A DNA stretch of 63,459 bases. Source: an uncultured Candidatus Saccharibacteria bacterium (GTDB lineage Bacteria; Patescibacteriota; Minisyncoccia; Phycocordibacterales; UBA2100). This document shows, piece by piece, positions 16,219 through 24,016 of the stretch. Every line of letters begins with the position of its first letter. Position 1 is the first letter of the stretch. The notes under the pieces were generated by a model. It saw only the letters and a program-made list of their open reading frames with translations, made no database searches and was not told the origin of the DNA. The DNA is taken from NCBI GenBank assembly GCA_964437185.1, contig CAYTFU010000006.1:1-63459 (forward strand), written 5' to 3'. The translations under genes were made by a program, and so were the position numbers.

Positions 16219-18972
16219 ATGAAATTCGTATATTTTGGCATCTACGATCCCGAGTTTTCTCGAAACAAGATTTATATGCGCGCTCTTCGCGTTGATGGGC
16301 ACGAAATTATTGAATGTCGTGATACCACCGCTGGTTTTAAAAAATATTTTCGTCTCGCTCGCGCATTGCGGGCACTTGCGGGCACGTACGACGCGGTCAT
16401 CGTAGGATACCCGGGGCACGTGGTTCTTCCGATTGCTCGTTTATTTGCTACGGCACCCGTTGTTGCGGATCTCCTTGGCTCGATCTCAGACGCAGCGTAT
16501 CAGTCGCATGGGGCAGGCTTATTTAAGCGATTGTGGCTTTCGATGGTGGATCGCCTCGCAATTCTTTCTGCGCACGTCGTGCTCGTTGAAAGCGAGGCTC
16601 AGAAAAAATATTTACAAACTCGATTTGGGGGAGACAAATATCGCGTCGTGTATACCGGCGCGGACGAAAGTATATTTGCACCCCGCGAAAATGTTAAAAA
16701 AGCTCTTCACGAACCCTTTGTCGTTTTATTTCGGGGGCGTTTGACGCCGGAATCAGGAATTAGGCATGTGCTCGATGCGGCGGAGCGGCTCAAAAGTGAA
16801 AACATCAAATTTAGAATCGTGGGGTATGGTCGACTTCAAGAGGCAGTGGAAGAACGCGTCCGTTCGTTACCGAACGTAACACTCATTTCCGAGCACCTTA
16901 CGTTTGAACAAATGCGGGAGTACATGCTCGACGCGGACGTTAGCTTAGGACAGTTTGAAGACAATGAGCGCCTCGATCGCACCATACCGCATAAGGCGTT
17001 TGAATCGATGTCAATGGGCATTCCGTATCTGACGGGGCGCGCACGCGGCGTCTCCGAGCTTTTGGAAGATGGAGTGTCGTGTCTCATGGTATCGGTCGCT
17101 AATCCCGATGCGATAAAAAAAGCGCTTGAACGCTTGCGTGCCGACCGGTCTCTCAGCGAGAAATTGGCGAAAAATGCTCACGCTATCTACGAATCAACCG
17201 CCGCGCCGCGCATATTGGCGCAGAAGATAATCTCTACAATCTCACCACTACGAAGATCCGTTGCATCGAATTCTGGCGAACACGGAAGGTTTAGTTTGAA
17301 AGAACTACTCGCGCTCTGTATTATTATTGGCGCGTTTATTGCAATAAGATTACCTGGAATCGACCTGCCCTACCACCAGGACGAATGGAAAACAGCCAAC
17401 ATCGTCCAGACGAACGCCATCGGCGCTCTTTCGGGACATCCACCGCTTACCGAACTTGTGTATCGAGCGGGGGGCTTTCTCTTCGGTGTCGATCACTTGC
17501 GTGTCGTACCGCTCCTGTTTGCAGTGTTTTCGGCGATTTTGCTCTATGTTGTAGTACGTGGGCGATCAGGCCAGCGAGCAGCTCTTTTTGCAATCGGACT
17601 TTACTCTGCGTGCATGTATGGTGTGTGGGCGTCGCTTATGACAGACACGGACGGCGCAATGTTACCGACATTATTTCTGGTTTGTGTGTACGGGTATGAT
17701 CGATTTCGCAACGCATCGTTTGCGGCCGCGAAAGCGGTATGGCTCAGCCTCATTGGCGCGGGTCTCTTGCTCGGACTTCTTACGAAGTTGAGCTTCGCGA
17801 TAGTTCTTGGCGCTTTGGTACTTGATTACTTCGTCGAAATGCGTTCAAACATTACGCGTGCGCTCGTGGTGCGAGCGGGAATTGCAGCTTTAGTATGTGT
17901 TTTTACCGCGGGCCTTGCGATTGCGGCAACACGATTTGTCATTCCTGCCTTTGACGTACGTGTCACGATTGAGCACGTGCTGTATTACGTGCGTTTTGAG
18001 GGGCGCGGATATATGCAAATTTTGATACAAGCAATGAAGGCGCTCTTTTTCTTGTCACCCATGCTTCTCGTTCCTTTGATATTTTTTTCAAAAGAAGTCT
18101 TTGCAAAAAGTCGCATATTCATCGTGTATCTTGGGCTTGGTGCGTTCTTTTATTTCGTGTTGTTCGATTTTTCTCAAGGGGCGCTTGATAAGTACCTTAT
18201 GTACACCATTGTGCCGCTGTGCGTGATTGTGGGTACGATTCTCGCGAGAGAGATGCGTGACGTGGGTGCGCGTGCAGTATTAATTGGAACAGTTGTTGGC
18301 ATCATCGCTGCAGGTGCGCTTCTGCCCCTCAGTTTCCTCTCCCCGCAGGTCATGCCTCTGTACCCAAAGACCGAATGGATTTCAGCGGTCGCGCATGGGA
18401 ACTGGAATATTCTCATGCCATTTACCGGTGGAAGTGGCCCGATCGGCTTTTACGTATCCTTTCTATTTATCGGAGCGAGTTTTGCGGCAGCGGGCCTTTT
18501 TATGCTCTGCGCGCTGGTAATTTCCAAAATTCGAGCGCCACTCATTGTTGCTGGAGTGATCGTCGGACTCGCGTGCAGCGCGGTATTTATCGAGGAACTT
18601 CTGTGGGGGAGGATTAATGGAAGCGTGCCGGAAGTTCTTGCTGAGAGCGTTGCCTATATCGCGTCGAGCGACATAAAAAGCGTGATAACTCACGCCGATA
18701 CCGGTGCCTACGAGCTCAACAATTTAGGGAAATACGCGGGCAGATTTTATGCCGTACCGGGCAATGAAGACGTACATCGCGAGCGTTTTTCGGCGCATAG
18801 AGGGCATTATCTTGTTATCGATTTTCCAAAGCTCAATGAGCGCGGTTACTATAGTAGATTTTTCGCGACGTGTGAGAGCATATTTGAGACGCGCTCAGGC
18901 GCGGTGGAAGGTCATGTATACTACTGTCCTGTGAGCGACCCGTATTCAATCCCAAACTATGCATCTCAATAG
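16219..18972 (+). CDS. Fusion protein: N-terminal GT-B glycosyltransferase plus C-terminal multi-pass GT-C (ArnT/PMT, GT39-like) domain
   Basis: Start trimmed to the ATG at 16219, 1 nt after the upstream stop. GT-B motif HKAFESMSMGIPYLTG. From about aa 375 there are at least 10 predicted TM helices. The first-loop motif YHQDEW is at nt 17371-17388, followed by GHPPL. Confidence 0.65.
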   Translation: MKFVYFGIYDPEFSRNKIYMRALRVDGHEIIECRDTTAGFKKYFRLARALRALAGTYDAVIVGYPGHVVLPIARLFATAPVVADLLGSISDAAYQSHGAGLFKRLWLSMVDRLAILSAHVVLVESEAQKKYLQTRFGGDKYRVVYTGADESIFAPRENVKKALHEPFVVLFRGRLTPESGIRHVLDAAERLKSENIKFRIVGYGRLQEAVEERVRSLPNVTLISEHLTFEQMREYMLDADVSLGQFEDNERLDRTIPHKAFESMSMGIPYLTGRARGVSELLEDGVSCLMVSVANPDAIKKALERLRADRSLSEKLAKNAHAIYESTAAPRILAQKIISTISPLRRSVASNSGEHGRFSLKELLALCIIIGAFIAIRLPGIDLPYHQDEWKTANIVQTNAIGALSGHPPLTELVYRAGGFLFGVDHLRVVPLLFAVFSAILLYVVVRGRSGQRAALFAIGLYSACMYGVWASLMTDTDGAMLPTLFLVCVYGYDRFRNASFAAAKAVWLSLIGAGLLLGLLTKLSFAIVLGALVLDYFVEMRSNITRALVVRAGIAALVCVFTAGLAIAATRFVIPAFDVRVTIEHVLYYVRFEGRGYMQILIQAMKALFFLSPMLLVPLIFFSKEVFAKSRIFIVYLGLGAFFYFVLFDFSQGALDKYLMYTIVPLCVIVGTILAREMRDVGARAVLIGTVVGIIAAGALLPLSFLSPQVMPLYPKTEWISAVAHGNWNILMPFTGGSGPIGFYVSFLFIGASFAAAGLFMLCALVISKIRAPLIVAGVIVGLACSAVFIEELLWGRINGSVPEVLAESVAYIASSDIKSVITHADTGAYELNNLGKYAGRFYAVPGNEDVHRERFSAHRGHYLVIDFPKLNERGYYSRFFATCESIFETRSGAVEGHVYYCPVSDPYSIPNYASQ

Positions 18973-20374
18973 CGCGGCACTCAAATATTTCGACGGTCAC
19001 GCTGGGGATAGGATGCGATGGCGCAAGCGAAACAAGTACTACCATCGCTCGCTCGAATCCTTCATCGGGTTTCTCGTTCCCCGTGGAGCGACAGTACTGC
19101 ACATCGGTGCGGATTCTCCGGACCTTCTTGCGTTGCTCTCGCCGAAGCGCGGACTCGGAATCCATGCGAGCGAGCGCATTATCTCGGAGATTCAAAAGCA
19201 AAAACTGCCAGTGAATGTAACATTCAAGCAAGAGCAAATCGCTAACGTGAAGGAAACGTTTGAATACGCCGTTATTTCCGATCTGCTCGGGTATGTCGAC
19301 GATGTGGAGACGCTTCTTCGAGAAGCTTCGGAGCGCATTTCGTGGCGCGGGCGTATCGTCGTTACTCAGCACAGTACGCTTTGGGAGCCGTTTTTGCAGC
19401 TGGCATCATCGGCGGGGCTGCGTATGCCATCGCGCACCCAGAACTGGATTTCGAGGAGCGATCTCGCGAATTTCGCACACTTGGCAGGGCTTGAAGTCGT
19501 ACGGGGCGGCACGAGAATGCTCATCCCCAAATACATCCCGCTCATCAGCACCTTTTTCAATACGTACCTTGCAAATGTTTTCCCATTCACGCGGCTCGGA
19601 CTCTACCACTACGCTGTCTTGCGCAAGATTGATTCGCGCTCGCCTGTGCCGAACCCGTCGCTCTCAATCGTCATCCCCGCGCGCAATGAAGCAGGCATGA
19701 TCGAGCGCATCGTGAGGGAGCTCCCGACGCTCGGAGAGTTCACCGAACTTATTTTGATCGAAGGGCACTCGAAGGACAACACGTGGGAGGAGATACAGCG
19801 TGTTGCTCATAAATTCGGGGCTGAGAAAAAAATTCGCATTGCACAGCAGGACGGCAAGGGGAAGGGGGATGCGGTGCGCAAAGGGTTTGATATGGCGAGC
19901 GGTGACATCCTAACGATTTACGACGCCGACATGACGGTGCCGCCGGAGGACATGGCGAAATTCTACAACGCGCTCGTCGAAGGGAGAGGCGATTTCATCA
20001 ATGGGTCGCGCCTCGTGTATCCACTTGAGAAAGAGTCGATGCGTTTTCTGAATTATCTCGGAAATAAGTTTTTTAGCCTCGCATTCAGCTGGCTTCTCAA
20101 TTCGCGTCTCAAGGACACGCTCTGCGGCACCAAAATGCTTTGGAAGGAGGATTACGCGGAAATCCAAGCGGGCCGAGAGTTTTTTGGCGACTTCGATCCC
20201 TTTGGCGACTTCGACCTGCTTTTCGGGGCAGCGAAGCTCAATCGCAAAATCATCGATCTGCCCATCCATTATGGCGAGCGCACCTACGGTACTACCAACA
20301 TTCAGCGCTGGAGCCACGGGTGGCTCTTGCTCAAAATGACGGCGTTTGCGATGCGGAAGTTCAAGTTTGTCTAG
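18959..20374 (+). CDS. Bifunctional class I SAM methyltransferase / family 2 glycosyltransferase (polyprenyl-phosphate sugar synthase-like)
   Basis: N-terminal GATVLHIGADSPDLL methyltransferase-like fold. C-terminal LSIVIPARNEAGMI..ILIEGHSKDNT..YDADMTVPPED GT-A signature. Confidence 0.7.
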   Translation: MHLNSAALKYFDGHAGDRMRWRKRNKYYHRSLESFIGFLVPRGATVLHIGADSPDLLALLSPKRGLGIHASERIISEIQKQKLPVNVTFKQEQIANVKETFEYAVISDLLGYVDDVETLLREASERISWRGRIVVTQHSTLWEPFLQLASSAGLRMPSRTQNWISRSDLANFAHLAGLEVVRGGTRMLIPKYIPLISTFFNTYLANVFPFTRLGLYHYAVLRKIDSRSPVPNPSLSIVIPARNEAGMIERIVRELPTLGEFTELILIEGHSKDNTWEEIQRVAHKFGAEKKIRIAQQDGKGKGDAVRKGFDMASGDILTIYDADMTVPPEDMAKFYNALVEGRGDFINGSRLVYPLEKESMRFLNYLGNKFFSLAFSWLLNSRLKDTLCGTKMLWKEDYAEIQAGREFFGDFDPFGDFDLLFGAAKLNRKIIDLPIHYGERTYGTTNIQRWSHGWLLLKMTAFAMRKFKFV

Positions 20375-20380
20375 CGTCAT

Positions 20381-21115
20381 ATGTTGGCTGCCCCAGAACT
20401 TTCAGTTGTGCTGCCCACGTACAAAGAGCGGGAAAACTTAGCGATACTCATTCCTCAAGTTGAGGACGAATTTAAGGATGTTGCGTTGGAGATTATTGTG
20501 GTCGACGATAATTCAAAAGACGGAACTACTGAATTAATTACCGAACTTAATGGGCGCTATGCAAATATTAAGATTTTAGAGCGCCCCGGGCTCATGGGTA
20601 TCGGTAGTGCGCTTCGAGATGGTTATAACGCGGCACGCGGTGAATTCATTTTGTCGTCCGACGCCGATCTCTCGTTTGTAACTCCCGACATGCGCTCGTT
20701 GTATGAAAAGATCCGCTCTGGATACGACCTCGTCTTGGGTTATAAGATAGTAGACAAAAGGGCGAACAAAGAAGAGCGCAAGAGGGTAATAACGCAGGAG
20801 ATGATGCTTCCTATTGGGTGGGTGTGCAATTTGATCGTTCGAGTTATAAGTCGCACGGGAAATCTCAGGGAATATAATACAAACTTTCGGGTCATACGTG
20901 CGTCGGTATGGAAAAAGATCCGCACAATCGAGGACCGGAATTTTTTTCTGTTCGAGACTATTTTCCGAGCTCATCAAAAGGGTGCAAAAATTGCGGAAAT
21001 CCCGGTGACGTTTCGTTCGCGTAAATTTGGAAACTCGAAGCTTAATTTTTTTCAGCAGGCGCCCAAGTACTTTGTGGACCTTATACGTGTCGTTTTTCTC
21101 GAAAGATCTTCTTGA
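20381..21115 (+). CDS. Family 2 glycosyltransferase, Dpm1/GtrB-like polyprenyl-phosphate hexose synthase
   Basis: LSVVLPTYKERENL..IVVDDNSKDGT..SSDADLSF, 244 aa, soluble GT-A. Confidence 0.7.
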   Translation: MLAAPELSVVLPTYKERENLAILIPQVEDEFKDVALEIIVVDDNSKDGTTELITELNGRYANIKILERPGLMGIGSALRDGYNAARGEFILSSDADLSFVTPDMRSLYEKIRSGYDLVLGYKIVDKRANKEERKRVITQEMMLPIGWVCNLIVRVISRTGNLREYNTNFRVIRASVWKKIRTIEDRNFFLFETIFRAHQKGAKIAEIPVTFRSRKFGNSKLNFFQQAPKYFVDLIRVVFLERSS

Positions 21116-21147
21116 CTCATATAGAAGCACTACGTACACTGAAACAC

Positions 21148-21549
21148 ATGAAAATAGAAATATTAAACCCCTCATGCAATCTGGATACAGTCCGAGACGG
21201 TAGGGGCGGTATTTTCACGTGGCTGCCGAAAGATGCGATTGTAGAGTTCAACATGCTGTACTTTCAGCCGGGGAAGACCAGGGGCCATCATTACCATCCC
21301 GAATTTAATGAATATTTTTTGATTGTTGAGGGTTCGGGCGTGATGGTGACGAGAGATTCTCCCGACGCTCCTGAGGAGCAGATCCATATGAGTCGCGGAT
21401 CATGCGTACGTACACCTATGGGCACATCGCACGCATTCTATGCCATCACTGCTGTTACGGCCGTCGCGATGCTTTCGAAAAGATGGGACGACTGCAATCC
21501 TCCGATCGTCCGAGTGGAGGACCTGCAGGGTTCGCCGAGCAAGAAATAG
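21148..21549 (+). CDS. Cupin-fold NDP-sugar isomerase/epimerase (FdtA/WxcM- or RmlC-like)
   Basis: DGRGGIFTW..GKTRGHHYHPEFNEYFLIVEGSG resembles the D-x-RG...RG-x-H-x-H cupin pattern of NDP-ketosugar isomerases. The ATG is at 21148; the listed ORF start at 21112 is a TTG. Confidence 0.5.
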   Translation: MKIEILNPSCNLDTVRDGRGGIFTWLPKDAIVEFNMLYFQPGKTRGHHYHPEFNEYFLIVEGSGVMVTRDSPDAPEEQIHMSRGSCVRTPMGTSHAFYAITAVTAVAMLSKRWDDCNPPIVRVEDLQGSPSKK

Positions 21550-21552
21550 GCC

Positions 21553-22248
21553 ATGGCGTTTGTTGCCGTCGTCGGCGCGAAGGGGTACGTGGGTAGCGCA
21601 TTGTGTACCGCGCTCAAACAGACGACGCATTCTCTCGTGCAGGTTACGCGAGAGAATTATGGCGAGATGAAAGACCAGAAGTACGACATTGTCATAAATG
21701 CGGCGATGCCCGGAGCACGTTTTTTTGCCAAGAATCATCCTGCGGAGGATTTTGTAGAAACGGTGCAGAAGACGGCCGATCTTGTGTACGGATGGAAGTA
21801 CGACAAATTCATTCAGATAAGCACGATCTCCGCTCGGTGTCAGCTTGATACAGTCTATGGACGACACAAGGCGGCCGCCGAGAAAATCTGTGAATTCGGA
21901 GATACTCTCGTCGTGCGTCTGAGTGCCATGTACAGTCCCAATATAACGAAGGGTGCGCTCCTGAATATAAAACGAAAAGAGAATATATACGTAGACGCGG
22001 AGAGCCGCTATTGCTTCACTCCACTCCAGTTTGTCGGGGAATGGATTTCGGAAAATCTCGATAAAAAAGGCGTCATAGAGGTGGGGGCACGTAACACCGT
22101 TTCATTGCGAGAAATCGCAGATCACCTCGGTGTACATGTGGAGTTTAGCGGACCAGTGGACGTCCAGGAAATAGTAAATCCTAGGCCGGATTTTCCGGAT
22201 GCTCGCGATGTACTTACCTTCCTTGATAATTGGGTGCCCACACCTTAG
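21553..22248 (+). CDS. Short NAD(P)-dependent sugar reductase/epimerase-like SDR
   Basis: MAFVAVVGAKGYVGSAL glycine-rich N-terminus. 231 aa, located between the cupin and the C-methyltransferase. Confidence 0.5.
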   Translation: MAFVAVVGAKGYVGSALCTALKQTTHSLVQVTRENYGEMKDQKYDIVINAAMPGARFFAKNHPAEDFVETVQKTADLVYGWKYDKFIQISTISARCQLDTVYGRHKAAAEKICEFGDTLVVRLSAMYSPNITKGALLNIKRKENIYVDAESRYCFTPLQFVGEWISENLDKKGVIEVGARNTVSLREIADHLGVHVEFSGPVDVQEIVNPRPDFPDARDVLTFLDNWVPTP

Positions 22249-22256
22249 AATCATTC

Positions 22257-23528
22257 ATGCAAAAAGCAACGCAGGTCGCTAAGCTCGATGGTTGTCGTGT
22301 ATGCGGTAACACCGATTTGGTTCCCGTCATTGATATTGGTGAGCAGTACCTCTCTTCTGTATTTCCTGAGACTCTTGATTACCGGAAGGATGCGATACGC
22401 TATCCGCTTGATCTTGTCATGTGTCGCAAAGGGAGCGGTGAGAAAACGTGCGGCTTGGTTCAGCTCGGCCATCGGCTTGATCTCTCTGCCATGTACGACG
22501 CCTACCCGTACACCAGCAGTACGAATTCATCCATGTCGCGTATTCTTGAAGATGTGGCGGCGAGCGGACGTGCCCTGGGCAATCTGGAGTCCGGTGACGT
22601 CGTACTTGATATCGGAGGCAACGACGGCACACTACTTTCTTTTTTCAAGAATGATCCGTATACGCTCATTAATATTGATCCGGCCCAGAACGTAACATCG
22701 CTTATTGACGCGCCGAATTACATTTCAATTCACGACTTTTTTTCTGCCACGATATATCAGAAGGTTGCGCGGAAGAAGTCTAAACTCGTCTTCAGTATCG
22801 CAATGTTTTATCATCTGGACGATCCGCTAAAGCTCGCGCGAGATGTCGAGGTGTGCCTTGATGAGCAGGGCGTCTGGATTATTCAAATGGCCTACCTTCC
22901 TGCCATGATTCGGACCAATATGTACGATAATATCGTACACGAACACGCTGGTTACTATGCAGCCGTTCACATGAAATGGCTGATGGAACGCGTGGGACTC
23001 GAAGTCTTCGATGTTACGGAGAATGATGTGTATGGTGGAAGCTTTCGCGTATTCGTTAAAAAAAAGGGATGCCCCAAATTTTCTCAGACTGAACGTTACC
23101 GCGCACTGTTAGGGAAGGAGGTACAAGACGGAATATTTGAAATTGCTACGTACGAGTCTTTTATGCAGCGAATAGAGAAGACTCGCACTGACCTCAGGGA
23201 ACTCTGCAGGAAAATAAAAGCGGATGGAAAATCTATCTGGGTCTACGGCGCTTCTACCAAGGGTAATACGATTTTACAGTACTGTGGAATCGGTAAAGAC
23301 GAAATAGTAGCGGCCGCAGATTCTAATCCCTTCAAACACGGCAAGTACATCATCGGTTCGGACATTCCGATCAAAAATGAAGCGGAGATGCGCGTCGCGA
23401 AACCCGATTATTTACTTGCTCTACCCTATAGTTTTGCAGAAGGTTTTATAAAAAGAGAGTCCGTCCTCTTGGCACAAGGGACAAGGTTCATCGTTCCGTT
23501 GCCAGATGTGCGGATCCTCGGACAGTAA
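22257..23528 (+). CDS. NDP-hexose C-methyltransferase (TylCIII/NovU-like class I SAM methyltransferase with N-terminal Zn-ribbon)
   Basis: CRVCGNTDLVPVIDIGEQYLSSVFP plus a later Cys pair (MCRKGSGEKTCGLVQL). SAM-binding VVLDIGGNDG. Conserved C-terminal domain (WVYGASTKGNTILQY). Confidence 0.7.
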   Translation: MQKATQVAKLDGCRVCGNTDLVPVIDIGEQYLSSVFPETLDYRKDAIRYPLDLVMCRKGSGEKTCGLVQLGHRLDLSAMYDAYPYTSSTNSSMSRILEDVAASGRALGNLESGDVVLDIGGNDGTLLSFFKNDPYTLINIDPAQNVTSLIDAPNYISIHDFFSATIYQKVARKKSKLVFSIAMFYHLDDPLKLARDVEVCLDEQGVWIIQMAYLPAMIRTNMYDNIVHEHAGYYAAVHMKWLMERVGLEVFDVTENDVYGGSFRVFVKKKGCPKFSQTERYRALLGKEVQDGIFEIATYESFMQRIEKTRTDLRELCRKIKADGKSIWVYGASTKGNTILQYCGIGKDEIVAAADSNPFKHGKYIIGSDIPIKNEAEMRVAKPDYLLALPYSFAEGFIKRESVLLAQGTRFIVPLPDVRILGQ

Positions 23529-23566
23529 ATCTTCGCGTTACAACCGCATTGTGCCGAACTGTTGCG

Positions 23567-24010
23567 TTACATCAGCTCGCGTTCGATGAGAAATATTTTT
23601 TGTTCGGGGATGATGTTTCCTGGTATTGTGTGGTGAAATTGGATCGTTTTTGCCTGATAATCAGGTCGCGGTATGTGAGTAGCCGGAGCGGCCTCCATAA
23701 CGACACTCACGGTGTGTCTATCGTGGCCGTTCTGGTTTGCGTGTATATATTCGATATAGCCAATACATGCACCGATTTTAACCTCTAAGCCTGTTTCCGC
23801 GCGAGCAATTCTTACGCCTGCCTCAACTATCGTTTCGTTTTTGTACACGATCCCTCCGGGAAGGTGCCACATACCTTTGAATGGATCAATATCACGTAGC
23901 GACAGGAGAACACCTTCCTTTGAGGTAATGAATAGGTCGACACTAAGTCGCACCGCTCGATCAAATATGTAGTCGTACTCTTCATCAGTAAGTCTTTTTG
24001 GGGAATTCAT
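23567..24010 (-). CDS. gmm: GDP-mannose mannosyl hydrolase-type Nudix hydrolase
   Basis: Modified Nudix box GGIVYKNETIVEAGVRIARAETGL aligns residue-for-residue with the E. coli NudD/WcaH box GGRVQKDETLEAAFERLTMAELGL, recalled from memory. Confidence 0.65.
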   Translation of the reverse strand: MNSPKRLTDEEYDYIFDRAVRLSVDLFITSKEGVLLSLRDIDPFKGMWHLPGGIVYKNETIVEAGVRIARAETGLEVKIGACIGYIEYIHANQNGHDRHTVSVVMEAAPATHIPRPDYQAKTIQFHHTIPGNIIPEQKIFLIERELM

Positions 24011-24016
24011 AGAGAT

